Assembly (NCBI GenBank): GCA_965206595.1
Contig: OZ242214.1
Location: 2,784,001 to 2,848,000 of the forward strand
Direction: 5' to 3'
Length of the DNA: 64,000 nt
Source of the DNA: Candidatus Latescibacterota bacterium
Lineage (GTDB): Bacteria; Latescibacterota; UBA2968; UBA8231
This document shows positions 39,572-49,085 of this stretch, one piece after another. A program made the position numbers and the translations under genes. Below the pieces are notes generated by a model. That model had not been told where the DNA came from. It ran no database searches and saw only the letters and a program-made list of their open reading frames with translations. Numbering within the stretch: the stretch's first letter is position 1; each line of letters starts with the position of its first letter.

Positions 39572-40885
39572 TTACAAATACCCAGCCAACAACCACTCAG
39601 CCGCCGGCAGCGCCTCCACCCCGGCCGGCAACTCCTCTGGAATGCCGTCCCGGATCAGGGTGATCAGCCGCTTGCCGGCGCGGGGAAACTGCTCCCCCGC
39701 CGCGGCCAGGGCGCGCAACTCCCGTTCCGCGGTGGCGGCGTCCGACAGGTCGGCGCAAACCTGGAGAAGCTCCACTCCTCCCTCGGCGTCGCGGGCGAGG
39801 AAATCGACCTCGTAGCCTTCCGGAGTACGCACGTAGGTTACCTGGTAACCACGGCGCTCCAGCTCGAGAAGAACCGCAGTCTCCAGGGCGTTGCCCAGGT
39901 TCGCCCTACCGCTGCGATCGAAAACCGGGATCAGGCCGGGGTCCACCGGGTACGCCTTGCGCGGATTCACCATGCGCTGCCGCTCGGAAACCGACTCCAT
40001 CCACACCAGGCGCACCAGGTAGCTGTCTTCGAGGTAGGCGAGCAGCTGGTGCACCGTGTCCTTGGCGATCAGGATGCCCTGCGACCGCAGCGCCGCGTGA
40101 AATTTCTCCACGCTGAACTTGGACCCGGCGTTTCCCAGCAGGTGGCGCACCAGCCAGCGCAGGCCGGTTACGTTGCGCACCCGGTGGCGCTCCACCACGT
40201 CGCGCAGCATCGCCACGTCGACGTAGTCCTGGTAGAGTCGGTGTCTCGAGGCGGCGTCGAGCCCCTGTGCTTCGGGAAAACCGCCCTCGGCAAGCCAGTC
40301 GAGCAGGGCGCGCTCCAAGCGGGAACGCTCGCGGCTCGTCATAAGGCCCGGATCGGCCGGGACCGGCCGTCCCTGGTGGCGCAGCGCTTCCCCGAAAGCG
40401 AATGGATGAACGAGTACCTGCCACGCGCGTCCGCGCAGCGCCGTGGCGATCTCCCGGGACAGCAGCGCCGCCGCCGACCCGGTTATGAACAGGTCGCCCC
40501 GCCCCTCGTCGAGGAGCCGCCGCACGAACCGTTCCCACTCCGGAACGAGCTGAATCTCGTCGAAGCACCAGGTCACCTTCGCTTCGTGGGCCTGCGGAAA
40601 CCTCCGGTAGTACTCCTCCACCAGCATGCCGAGGTGGCCGGCTTCGATTCCCGCGAGGCGTTCGTCCTCGAAAGAGAGGTACGGCAGCAGTTCCTGGGGC
40701 GTCCCCTGATCGTGGCGCTCCTGGCGAAGCTGATGAAGGAAAGTGGTCTTGCCGGCGCGGCGCACGCCGGTGACGGCGGTGGCTTTGCCGGGAAGCGAGG
40801 TCCTCCCGAACAGGTGGCGGGATGTGAAGGGAGGCAACGGTCGGCGTACGGATTCCGCCAGCTGCTCGACCAAAGCCTGGGGCAT
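39572..40885 (-). CDS. ATP-binding protein AAA_14/DUF4143 with C-terminal nuclease-like domain
   Basis: GVRRAGKT, FDEIQ, ITGS, GGFPE, KAYPVDPGL, EVDFL..QV. Confidence 0.9.
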   Translation of the reverse strand: MPQALVEQLAESVRRPLPPFTSRHLFGRTSLPGKATAVTGVRRAGKTTFLHQLRQERHDQGTPQELLPYLSFEDERLAGIEAGHLGMLVEEYYRRFPQAHEAKVTWCFDEIQLVPEWERFVRRLLDEGRGDLFITGSAAALLSREIATALRGRAWQVLVHPFAFGEALRHQGRPVPADPGLMTSRERSRLERALLDWLAEGGFPEAQGLDAASRHRLYQDYVDVAMLRDVVERHRVRNVTGLRWLVRHLLGNAGSKFSVEKFHAALRSQGILIAKDTVHQLLAYLEDSYLVRLVWMESVSERQRMVNPRKAYPVDPGLIPVFDRSGRANLGNALETAVLLELERRGYQVTYVRTPEGYEVDFLARDAEGGVELLQVCADLSDAATAERELRALAAAGEQFPRAGKRLITLIRDGIPEELPAGVEALPAAEWLLAGYL

Positions 40886-40897
40886 GGGAGTCAATTC

Positions 40898-40957
40898 AAT
40901 TTCTCCTTATCGAAAGGATAAAATAGGCATTTTTTATCCTTTTAAAAGGGAGAAATT
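40898..40957. promoter_or_regulatory. AT-rich inverted repeat, candidate operator
   Basis: aatttctcc/ggagaaatt and aaaggataaaa/ttttatccttt arms just upstream of the AAA_14 gene. Confidence 0.55.
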
Positions 40958-41083
40958 CTGAGAAACTGAGAGGTCCGTAATGCTCGGCATTGGGCGACCA
41001 GGGCAACGGGGGTGCTTCTCTCCAAACAGTTCGGGGCCGTCTCGCTGGCATGAACCAGATTCATGTCGACCGGAACTGGATGC

Positions 41084-41314
41084 TCATTCCCTGGGCAGGG
41101 ACACTTCCCGTTCTTGGACCCGCCACGCCGCGTAGGTCAGGGCCTGATCGATGTCTTCCAGTTCAAGGTAAGGGTAGGAGTTCAGGATTTCTTCGTGCGA
41201 CCGGCCTGTCCCCAATAGACCCACGACGGTTCCCACCGTGACGCCCAGCCCGCGGATGCATGCCTTGCCACCCATGACGGCCGGATCGAGGGTGATTCGC
41301 TGCAGCCCTTCCAC
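41084..41314 (-). CDS. DUF433 family protein (antitoxin-like)
   Basis: RITLDPAVMGGKACIRG..EILNSYPYLELEDI..AL.YAA. Confidence 0.92.
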   Translation of the reverse strand: MEGLQRITLDPAVMGGKACIRGLGVTVGTVVGLLGTGRSHEEILNSYPYLELEDIDQALTYAAWRVQEREVSLPRE

Positions 41315-41376
41315 GATCCTCTTTCCTGCTCGGTTATGGAGGGATTGTCCAGGTCACGGAGGTCCGGTAGCCCCGG

Positions 41377-41850
41377 TCACGACCTGGACGTGCCGCACAG
41401 GTTCGCCCTGAGCAGCTGTTGGTGACTTCGGTGGAAGCTTTTGTGCTTGAGCGTCGAGTAGACCTTGCCGCGGGGATTGTCGATCAGCTGCTTGTTCCTG
41501 AAGTCGCTCTGCAGGTCCCTGTCGTTCGAGTACAGCAGACGCGCACCGCTGACCTGGGCCAGGGCAATGACATGCGGATCATCCGACTTGCATGTACCCT
41601 GACTCTGGATGTGTCCGGTTCTGGTGTCGACTTCATCCTTGTTCACGATCCTCAGCTTGCCGGCTCCTACCGCGACACTTGCCCATTTCCTGAAACCTGC
41701 CGAACCACTTTCAAGCTCCTCGAGCAGCTTCCCACCGGCGACCAGAAGTCCGGTACCTTCGTTCAGCCATTCGTAAAACTTTTCCCCGGTGGGCTGGGGA
41801 CTATACCCGAATACTTCGGGGGCGACGTTTGCGTCTACGATAGCACACAT
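41377..41850 (-). CDS. PIN-domain protein
   Basis: CAIVDANV, SDDPHVIALA, LLYSNDRDL. Confidence 0.75.
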   Translation of the reverse strand: MCAIVDANVAPEVFGYSPQPTGEKFYEWLNEGTGLLVAGGKLLEELESGSAGFRKWASVAVGAGKLRIVNKDEVDTRTGHIQSQGTCKSDDPHVIALAQVSGARLLYSNDRDLQSDFRNKQLIDNPRGKVYSTLKHKSFHRSHQQLLRANLCGTSRS

Positions 41851-41866
41851 TCTTCAGATCCCACAT

Positions 41867-43246
41867 TTACCTCTTCCAAAGGGACCTTGAAACCTCTTCC
41901 AGGAAGAATCTTCGGTAGCTATTGGGTGCGTCCAGGATATTTCCTTCTTGATCCACTCCCAGAGAATGAATGCGCACGTCCAGGTCGCCGCGTTCGAAGA
42001 ACAGGATGGAGACCTCCTCCGGATTCAAGGGAGTTGCGCCGTCGCGGACGTCCATCCGCACCCGGTCGAGAAGGTGATCGCTGTGCGTCTCGACGACTAA
42101 TTGCCGGTTCTGGGAAGCGACCTGACAGAACAGGCTCCCGAGAGCCGCCTGGGCACTGGGGTGGAGATGCACTTCCGGCTGCTGCAACAGGAACATTGAA
42201 GGTGCATCCGGGCGCAGCAGTTCCGTGATAACCGGCAGCACCTGACTTACCCCGTACCCCACGTCGATCAAATTACGCTGCGGACCTTTCGCCGTTTTTC
42301 CATACTTCGTTATTCCATACTTCCTGATATGCATTTGGAAAGGCCCGCTTTCATTGCTTCTGAGGGGCTTGACCGAAATCTCGTCGAAGAGACCGGCTGT
42401 TTTCCCAAACCTTTCCAGTTCACCCTTTAGGGCCTTCCATTCTTTACCCTCGGAATACACGCTGGCGAGATACATGGGAATGTAATCACCTTCGGGGTCG
42501 CGTATGGTACGAGAGGGATCATAGGTACGACGTGGCTTGGAGCGGACAGGAGCGCTGGCGTAAGGCCGTTGTCTGTAATTCCCAAAATACCCACTTCTAA
42601 AATTATCACCGAGTTGATGAATCAATTCCCAATCTCTACCTGTAGGCGACTCGGAACTTTGTGCTATTGGCTCTACTACTCTTTCTAGCATCAATCGAAG
42701 GTCTATTTGGAAGAAAAAAGGCAAATCCGGACGGTCGCCGACATTCGTTTGACCAGCTAAGGAACGAAAAGTATCGGGAGTTCTCCAAGCGCCACGCGGC
42801 GTCCCGAAGCTGATCTGCCAAAACGAGTCCTGGAAACGGCTTTCAATCCAAACCTCCTCGTGAGAGTGCCACACTCTTACCGGGACCGGCACCGTCCCTC
42901 TTTTTTTAAAAGTCACCTCGAAATGATGGGGTTGGCCGTTGCCCCCGGCGTGTAGTGCCTTCCCCCGGGCTGCTCTTGGGGCAACCACAAATCCCGCCTG
43001 GAAGCTCTCCTCCCGGCCGGCACTTCCTCCCCGGTGGTGGGCGATCTCGTCAAAACTCCCGAGGTCGTACGGGTCTTCCTTGAAATCCTCCAATCCAAAA
43101 CGGGATACATCCCACAGAGCCCGGATCATCGCCATGAACGAAGTCTTCCCCGTGCTGTTCTCGCCGACGAGCAGCGTCAGCGGGGCAAGCCGGGCGGTCT
43201 GCTCTTCACGGAAGCAGCGGAAGTTTTTCAGCGTTATCTGATCCAT
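41867..43246 (-). CDS. ABC-type AAA ATPase (AAA_15/AAA_21, DUF3696-like)
   Basis: LKNFRCF, GENSTGKTS, DVGYGVSQVLP, QPEVHLHP, VETHS. Confidence 0.88.
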   Translation of the reverse strand: MDQITLKNFRCFREEQTARLAPLTLLVGENSTGKTSFMAMIRALWDVSRFGLEDFKEDPYDLGSFDEIAHHRGGSAGREESFQAGFVVAPRAARGKALHAGGNGQPHHFEVTFKKRGTVPVPVRVWHSHEEVWIESRFQDSFWQISFGTPRGAWRTPDTFRSLAGQTNVGDRPDLPFFFQIDLRLMLERVVEPIAQSSESPTGRDWELIHQLGDNFRSGYFGNYRQRPYASAPVRSKPRRTYDPSRTIRDPEGDYIPMYLASVYSEGKEWKALKGELERFGKTAGLFDEISVKPLRSNESGPFQMHIRKYGITKYGKTAKGPQRNLIDVGYGVSQVLPVITELLRPDAPSMFLLQQPEVHLHPSAQAALGSLFCQVASQNRQLVVETHSDHLLDRVRMDVRDGATPLNPEEVSILFFERGDLDVRIHSLGVDQEGNILDAPNSYRRFFLEEVSRSLWKR

Positions 43247-43409
43247 GGGATATTACCTCTCTTCAGCACCCGGGAGCCTCCACCAACACGGCGTAGGGTG
43301 ACTTTTGTTGTGCGCTCCGCCAATCTGCCCCACGGCTCAGCGGTCCGGTTGACGGTTGAGAGGGCGTTCAACTACTCAATTATCAAAATATAGGTACAGC
43401 CATCCCGGG

Positions 43410-44348
43410 TCAGGGCTTCCAGGTCTCGGCCAGCTCCGCGTACTCGTGCGCCTGCCCGGCGATGTCGACCCCCACCTCCTGCGACCAGGCTTCGAGCAGC
43501 TGCCTGTAGATCGGCCCGGGCTTGCCGTCCCCCACGGGGCGGAAGTCGAAGCGGGTGATCGGCACCATGCAGATGGTCGTGCTCGTGAACCAGGCCTCGT
43601 CCGCGGCGCGCACGTCGTAGGGCTCGATGTCGGCCTCGATCACCGGGTTGCCGAGCTTCTCGGCCAGCTCCATGCAGGCGCCGCGGGAGACCCCGCGCAG
43701 GATGTCGTGCGGCTTGGGCGTCAGGATGCGCCCGTCCCTGACCATGAAGAAGTTGTTCCCGGTGCCCTCGGTGACGAACCCGCGCTCGTCGGTGAGCAGG
43801 GCCATGGCCCCCTCCTCCATCCGGTTAACCTGGGTCTCGGCGATCTTGTAGAAAATGCGGCTGCGGTTCTTGGCCTTGGGATCGATGTAGCGCGCCGGGA
43901 CCGACTGCTGCCGCGGGATGGCGAAGTGGGTCCCGGTGTCGAACTTGGAGGCTATGCCGCCGATGTGGCGGATCAGCGGGATGACGTTGATGGTGACGAT
44001 CGGGGTTTCCCCCTCGCGCACCAGCTCGGCGTAGAGCCCGAGGACCCCGCGCGTGACGTCGTGCATGATCTGGAAGTCGTAGCCGCCGAGGGCCTCGCGG
44101 TTCTTCTCGATGGTCGCGAAGGTCGCCTCCTCCATCTCGTCGATGGTCATGTCGAGGTCGATCTCGGCGTACTTGATCGATTCGTACAGGCGCTCGAGGT
44201 GGTGGCGCAGCCGGTAGGGCTTCCGGTTGAAGGTCCGCGTCATCTCGAACACCATGTCCCCGAACATCAGGGCGGAGTCGAATATGGAGATGCGCGCTTC
44301 GTCCTCGGGGACGTAGTCGCCGTTGAAGTAGACCAGGCGCTTGGACAT
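43410..44348 (-). CDS. Aminotransferase class IV (branched-chain/D-amino acid type)
   Basis: GDMVFE, EGTGNNFF, LRGVSR, DEAWFTST, GDGKPGP. Confidence 0.92.
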   Translation of the reverse strand: MSKRLVYFNGDYVPEDEARISIFDSALMFGDMVFEMTRTFNRKPYRLRHHLERLYESIKYAEIDLDMTIDEMEEATFATIEKNREALGGYDFQIMHDVTRGVLGLYAELVREGETPIVTINVIPLIRHIGGIASKFDTGTHFAIPRQQSVPARYIDPKAKNRSRIFYKIAETQVNRMEEGAMALLTDERGFVTEGTGNNFFMVRDGRILTPKPHDILRGVSRGACMELAEKLGNPVIEADIEPYDVRAADEAWFTSTTICMVPITRFDFRPVGDGKPGPIYRQLLEAWSQEVGVDIAGQAHEYAELAETWKP

Positions 44349-44426
44349 CGGAAACTCCCTTTCCGGTTCTTAGGCGATGGGTGGGCAGCTGTTGGACTCC
44401 CGGCCGGCTGCCCGTTCGGCCCTCGG

Positions 44427-45788
44427 TCAGTATCCCAGCTGCCGGCCGACCTCGTCGATGCTCTCGAGCACGGCCTCGACCGAGCGCCGCACCTCGGCCT
44501 CTTCGATTGTGAACGGCGGGCTGATGGCTATGTGGTCGCCGTGGACGCCGTCGATGATGCCGGGCGCTCCCGGCATGATGAGAACCCCCTTGTCGAAGCT
44601 GGCCTTGACCACCGCGGCGGTGACCCCCTGGCCGGGATCGAACGGGGTGCGCTGCTCCTTGTCGCGCACGAGCTCGACCCCGGCCAGCAGGCCGCGGCCG
44701 CCGCGCACCTCGCCGGCGATCGGCAGGTCGAGCCCCTCTTGCAGCAGCTCGAACATCAATTCTCCCATCTCCGCGCACTGCCGCACCAGGCCGTGATCGT
44801 CGATGTACTTCTGCACCGCCAGCGCCGTGGCGCAGGAGAGCGGGTTGCCGCCGTAGGTGTGGCCGTGCACGAAGGCCCGGCTCCTGCGGTAGATGGCCTC
44901 GTAGATCTCCTCCCTCGCCATGGTCGCCGCGATTGGGGTGTAGCCGCTGCTCAGGCCCTTGCCGGTGGTCAGGATGTCCGGCACCACCCCGGGCCAGTGC
45001 TCGATGCCGAAGTCGACGCCGGTGCGGCCGAAGCCGGTGACCACCTCGTCGACGATGAGCAGGATGCCGTAGCGGTCGCAGATCTCGCGCACCCGCGGGA
45101 AGTAGTCGGAAGGCGGCGCCGCGCCGGCCGCGGAGGTCCCGAGGATCGGCTCGGCGATGAAGGCGGAGATGTTGTGCGCCCCCTCCTGCAGGATGACCCG
45201 CTCCAGCTCATCGGGGGAGCTGGCCAGGCAGTCGCGGCACTCGCCGCAGTTGTCGCAGCGGTAGGGAATCGGCGGCGCCAGGTGCGGGAAGTCCATCAGG
45301 TAGGGGCCGTAGTCGGCGCGCCAGCTGCTGCGCCCCGACATCGACATCGCCCCGACGGTGTTGCCGTGCCAGCTCTGCCAGCGGCTGATGACGCGGAACT
45401 TGCTTGGGTTGCCGGTCTCGACGTGGTACTTGCGCGCCATCTTCATCGCCGACTCGGTCGCCTCGGAGCCGCCCGAGGTGAAGAAGACGCGGCTGAGATC
45501 GCCGGGGGCGATGGCGGCGATCCTCTCGGCCAGCTCGACCTGCGGCTCGGTGAGGAACTGCGAGTAAGTAAAGCAGACCTTGCCGGCCTGCTCGCGCATG
45601 GCGTCGGCGACCTCCCGGACCCCGTGGCCGATGCTGATCACGTGCACCCCGGCACAGGCGTCGAGATAGCGCCGGCCCTCGGTGTCGACGAGGTACACCC
45701 CCTCGCCGTGGGAGACCAAAGGCCAGGACTCCTTCAGCGTCCGGTGGAAGATGCGTGCGCCCGTCTCCAGGGCTGCGGTCGTTTCCAA
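44427..45788 (-). CDS. Aminotransferase class III
   Basis: SGGSEA, EP, DEVVTGFGRTG, PDILTTGKGL, HGHTYGG. Confidence 0.93.
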   Translation of the reverse strand: METTAALETGARIFHRTLKESWPLVSHGEGVYLVDTEGRRYLDACAGVHVISIGHGVREVADAMREQAGKVCFTYSQFLTEPQVELAERIAAIAPGDLSRVFFTSGGSEATESAMKMARKYHVETGNPSKFRVISRWQSWHGNTVGAMSMSGRSSWRADYGPYLMDFPHLAPPIPYRCDNCGECRDCLASSPDELERVILQEGAHNISAFIAEPILGTSAAGAAPPSDYFPRVREICDRYGILLIVDEVVTGFGRTGVDFGIEHWPGVVPDILTTGKGLSSGYTPIAATMAREEIYEAIYRRSRAFVHGHTYGGNPLSCATALAVQKYIDDHGLVRQCAEMGELMFELLQEGLDLPIAGEVRGGRGLLAGVELVRDKEQRTPFDPGQGVTAAVVKASFDKGVLIMPGAPGIIDGVHGDHIAISPPFTIEEAEVRRSVEAVLESIDEVGRQLGY

Positions 45789-45812
45789 GTCTCTTCCCCT
45801 TCCGATGCTGGT

Positions 45813-46625
45813 TTAATGCTGGTCCCGCCTCGGCGGGATCTCCTGTTGTTTCAGCTCGCGGATCAGCTCGACGAGGCCGTCGACTGCCGCGGCGAGGAAC
45901 TTCTCCCCCTTCTCGACGGAGGCCCGGGTGGCGTCTCCCATGACGCCGCTGGCGGTCTGCTGGCTCCAGTACGGGATCAGCCGCGCCGCCGAGCCCTCGG
46001 GGTGCCTGCCCGAAATCAGGTCGGTGCGGAAGCTCGGCGACAGCGGCGAGCGCTCGTCAACCGCTTTGCTCATGTCGACGAGCTCCGGCTTCATCGCCAG
46101 GTACAGGGAGGTCTCGTACTCGCCGGCGTGGGAGGTGCCGCCGTAGTCGGAGTCGCGGATCTTCTCACCCTCCTCCTTGATCCTGCGCACGTCCCAGTGG
46201 TTGACGGAGGCGCAGAGGATGCCGCCGCCGAACTCGACCACCGACAGCCGCGCCGCGAGGTCGAGGGGGGAGGTGTTGCTGCCGTGGCCGTTGACGACGA
46301 GGATGCGCTTGAACCCGTGGTGGGCCAGCGAGCAGCAGACGTCCTTCACATAGCGGATGAAGGTGTCCCAGCCGATGGTCAGGGTGCCGTGAAAGTCCAT
46401 GTGGTGGGGGCTGTACCCGTGGGGCACGGCCGGAACCAGCACGGCCTCCTCCGGGATGCTGGCGACCGCCCTCTCGCAGATCCCCGTGCACAGCACCACG
46501 TCGGTGTCGACCGGCAGGTGCGGCCCGTGGTCCTCGTAGGTGGCGACCGGCAGCACCGCGACCCGGTCCTGGGCGGCGGCATCCCTGATCTCGTACCAGA
46601 TCATCTCGGCGAAGCGGTATTTCAT
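45813..46625 (-). CDS. Creatininase family amidohydrolase
   Basis: EDHGPHLPVDTD, SPHHMDF, NGHGSN, HAGEYETS. Confidence 0.93.
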   Translation of the reverse strand: MKYRFAEMIWYEIRDAAAQDRVAVLPVATYEDHGPHLPVDTDVVLCTGICERAVASIPEEAVLVPAVPHGYSPHHMDFHGTLTIGWDTFIRYVKDVCCSLAHHGFKRILVVNGHGSNTSPLDLAARLSVVEFGGGILCASVNHWDVRRIKEEGEKIRDSDYGGTSHAGEYETSLYLAMKPELVDMSKAVDERSPLSPSFRTDLISGRHPEGSAARLIPYWSQQTASGVMGDATRASVEKGEKFLAAAVDGLVELIRELKQQEIPPRRDQH

Positions 46626-46646
46626 TTTTCAGACTCCCCTGTTGCA

Positions 46647-46675
46647 GGGCGCGCCGGACATCCCCCGGCGCGCCC
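46647..46675. other. 11-bp intergenic hairpin GGGCGCGCCGG/CCGGCGCGCCC
   Basis: Perfect inverted repeat without a U-tract; could be an mRNA-stabilising or REP-like stem. Confidence 0.5.
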
Positions 46676-46794
46676 CTTGCTCGCTGCATGCGAAACGGGA
46701 CCCGGTTTCATCCAACCGCATCACCCCGGCATTCCTTCGTCTCGCGGCGCCGCGCTTTCTCCCGGCACCCGTGCGCGAATGCGGGACTTCAGAT

Positions 46795-47958
46795 CTACTC
46801 GATGCCGAGGCCGGCGTTGATCTCCGCCTGGTACCCCTCGAGCTCGCAGCGCTCGATCTCCCGCAGGGTTACCGGGCGGCCGTGCCAGCCCGACTCGTAC
46901 ACGGCGGCGCAGATCGCCTGCGCCTTGAACCCCTCCATGCCGTCGACCTCGGGGCGGCCCTCGCTGCGCACGGCGCGGGCGAAATCCACCAGCTCGACGG
47001 CGACGGGGTGGGTCACTCCCCCGGGAAACAGCTGCTCCTCGGCCTCCTCGTCGAGACTGCCGCGGAACTCGGCGACCAGCTCCTCGTTCGACAGTTGCTC
47101 TCCCTGCCGCCCCCACAGGCCGGTCTCCCAGTCGAGGCAGCCCTCGCTGCCGTAGAGGACGCGGGCCCGGAACCCCTGCCCCGGGGCCGACCCCTGCCAC
47201 GTCCACTGGACCACCACGTCGTCCTCGAAGGAGACCAGGGCGTGCGACGAGTCCTCGACGTCGACGCGCCAGGAGCCGGCGCGCGCGGCGGCGTCGTCGT
47301 AGCGGAACGGCTCGAACTGCCGGGTCACGGCGAATACCTCGCGCGGCTGCAGGCCGAGGTGGTAGCCGAACAGGTCGGCGAAGTGGACGCCGCCGTCGAG
47401 CACCCAGCCGCCCCCGGAGTGCTGCCGGAAGCTGCGCCACCCCCACTTTCCCAGCGACTCCGACACGTCCTGCCAGTAGAAGGTGCGCGGCCTGCCGATG
47501 CGGCCGCGGCGAACGGCCCAGTGGCGCGCCCGCTCTTCGGGGGAGCGGCGGTACTGCTCGGCCACGGCGAGCAGGCTGCGGCTGCGGGTGGCCGCGTCGA
47601 GGATGCGGCGCGCCGCTCGCATCGTCACGGCAAGCGGCTTCTCGATGAGGACGGCGAGGCCGGCTTCGAGGCAGGGGACGGCGACCTCGTGGTGGGCGGA
47701 GTGCAGGGTGCAGATGTCGACCGCCTCGAGCTCCGGGCCGCTCCCCAGCAGGTACTCGAGCCGCTCGTACACGGCCGGCTGCGAGCCCTGGACCTCCGCC
47801 ACCTGGGCCGCCCGCTCCCGGGCACGGTCGGTGTCCGGGTCGCAGACGGCGACGATGTCGAGGGGGCGGCGGTCCGCCCGTCGCAGCTCTTCGAGACCGC
47901 CCACGTGAGCGCCGGACATGCCGCCGCATCCGACCAGTGCGGTTCGTACCGGTTCCAT
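46795..47958 (-). CDS. Gfo/Idh/MocA family oxidoreductase
   Basis: VGCGGMS, IEKPLA, GGWVLDGGVH. Confidence 0.92.
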   Translation of the reverse strand: MEPVRTALVGCGGMSGAHVGGLEELRRADRRPLDIVAVCDPDTDRARERAAQVAEVQGSQPAVYERLEYLLGSGPELEAVDICTLHSAHHEVAVPCLEAGLAVLIEKPLAVTMRAARRILDAATRSRSLLAVAEQYRRSPEERARHWAVRRGRIGRPRTFYWQDVSESLGKWGWRSFRQHSGGGWVLDGGVHFADLFGYHLGLQPREVFAVTRQFEPFRYDDAAARAGSWRVDVEDSSHALVSFEDDVVVQWTWQGSAPGQGFRARVLYGSEGCLDWETGLWGRQGEQLSNEELVAEFRGSLDEEAEEQLFPGGVTHPVAVELVDFARAVRSEGRPEVDGMEGFKAQAICAAVYESGWHGRPVTLREIERCELEGYQAEINAGLGIE

Positions 47959-47965
47959 GGCGGGG

Positions 47966-49066
47966 TTATCTCCCGGCGCGCTGATCGGCGATCCAGGTCA
48001 TGCTCTCGCCGCGCACCAGGAAGGAGCGCTCGTCCCAGACGCCGGGGCGCTCCACCGGGATTCTCCCCTCTTCCACGGCGACGTCCAGGGGGTTGTCGCG
48101 GGTCTTCAGGGGCAGGTCGACGCGCTCGTGCATGCGCGCCGACTCGTACACCGCCATCATCACCTCGAGGGTCGCCTTGCCGACCTCGCCGGTGTTGCGG
48201 TAGGTCTCGACCTTGCCCTCGATCCAGTCGACGATGCCGTTCGCCTGGTCGGTGAAGGCGTCCCCGTAGCCGCCCCGGGCCTGCTCCTCCGGCTCGAACT
48301 CCTGCCACCCCGCGGTCTTCGCGGTCAGGTACCTCAGGCTGTTGTCCGAGACCACCATCATGCCGTCGGTCCCGTAGACCGTGGCCCCGACCATGTAGTT
48401 GCCGCTGAGCTCGTTCTCGATCACCCCGGTGGCGCCGTTCTCGTACCCGATCAGGCCGCAGCAGCGGTCCTCGACCCGGTGGCCGAAGATGTGGTGGTCG
48501 GTCTTGCGCTCCACTCCTCCCATCACCCACAGCGCCTTCGGGTCTCCGAGCAGGCAGAACTGGCAGTCGATGCCGTGGGTACCGGTGTTCATCATGCCGG
48601 CGCGCACCCCCGTCCACAGCCGCTCCGGCTCGCCGATGGCGCCGTCGGCTATGAGCCGGGCCCCCTCGTTCCAGGAGGAGTAGAAGCGGCGCTGGTGGCC
48701 GATGGCGAGCTTCACGCCGTTGCGCTCGCAGGCGATGATCATCGCCTCCCCCTCGCCGAGGGAGGTCGCCATCGGCTTCTCGCACACCACCGCCTTCGGC
48801 TTGCCTGCGGCCGCGGCGACCGTCATCCCGGCGTGCTGCGGGTCCCAGGAGCAGACGCTGACGATGTCGAGCTCCTCTTTCTCCATCATCTCGCGGTAGT
48901 CGAGGTAGGTCGATTCCACCCCGAAATCCTCGGCGTAGCTTGCCAGGGCCGCGGGGTGGGAGTCGGCGATGGCGACGATCCCGGTCCGTTCACACCGGGT
49001 CCAGCCGCGGCCGTGCTCGCGGGCGATGCGACCGCTGGCGATGACCCCTACGCGATACTTTGCCAC
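47966..49066 (-). CDS. Gfo/Idh/MocA family oxidoreductase
   Basis: GTG start after AGGAG; GRIAREH, CEKPMA, HQRRF. Confidence 0.9.
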   Translation of the reverse strand: MAKYRVGVIASGRIAREHGRGWTRCERTGIVAIADSHPAALASYAEDFGVESTYLDYREMMEKEELDIVSVCSWDPQHAGMTVAAAAGKPKAVVCEKPMATSLGEGEAMIIACERNGVKLAIGHQRRFYSSWNEGARLIADGAIGEPERLWTGVRAGMMNTGTHGIDCQFCLLGDPKALWVMGGVERKTDHHIFGHRVEDRCCGLIGYENGATGVIENELSGNYMVGATVYGTDGMMVVSDNSLRYLTAKTAGWQEFEPEEQARGGYGDAFTDQANGIVDWIEGKVETYRNTGEVGKATLEVMMAVYESARMHERVDLPLKTRDNPLDVAVEEGRIPVERPGVWDERSFLVRGESMTWIADQRAGR

Positions 49067-49085
49067 TTCATCTCTCCTCTGTCGG

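Noticed and set aside
24285-43409. Prophage or integrative element call for the defence island
   Set aside because: No integrase, tRNA, phage structural gene or flanking att repeats were seen.
43356-46820. 1154-aa plus-strand ORF and similar long antisense ORFs (for example 4227-6194, 5941-7554, 25149-26822, 57563-58981)
   Set aside because: They are shadows of recognisable opposite-strand genes, expected in high-GC DNA, and carry no motifs.
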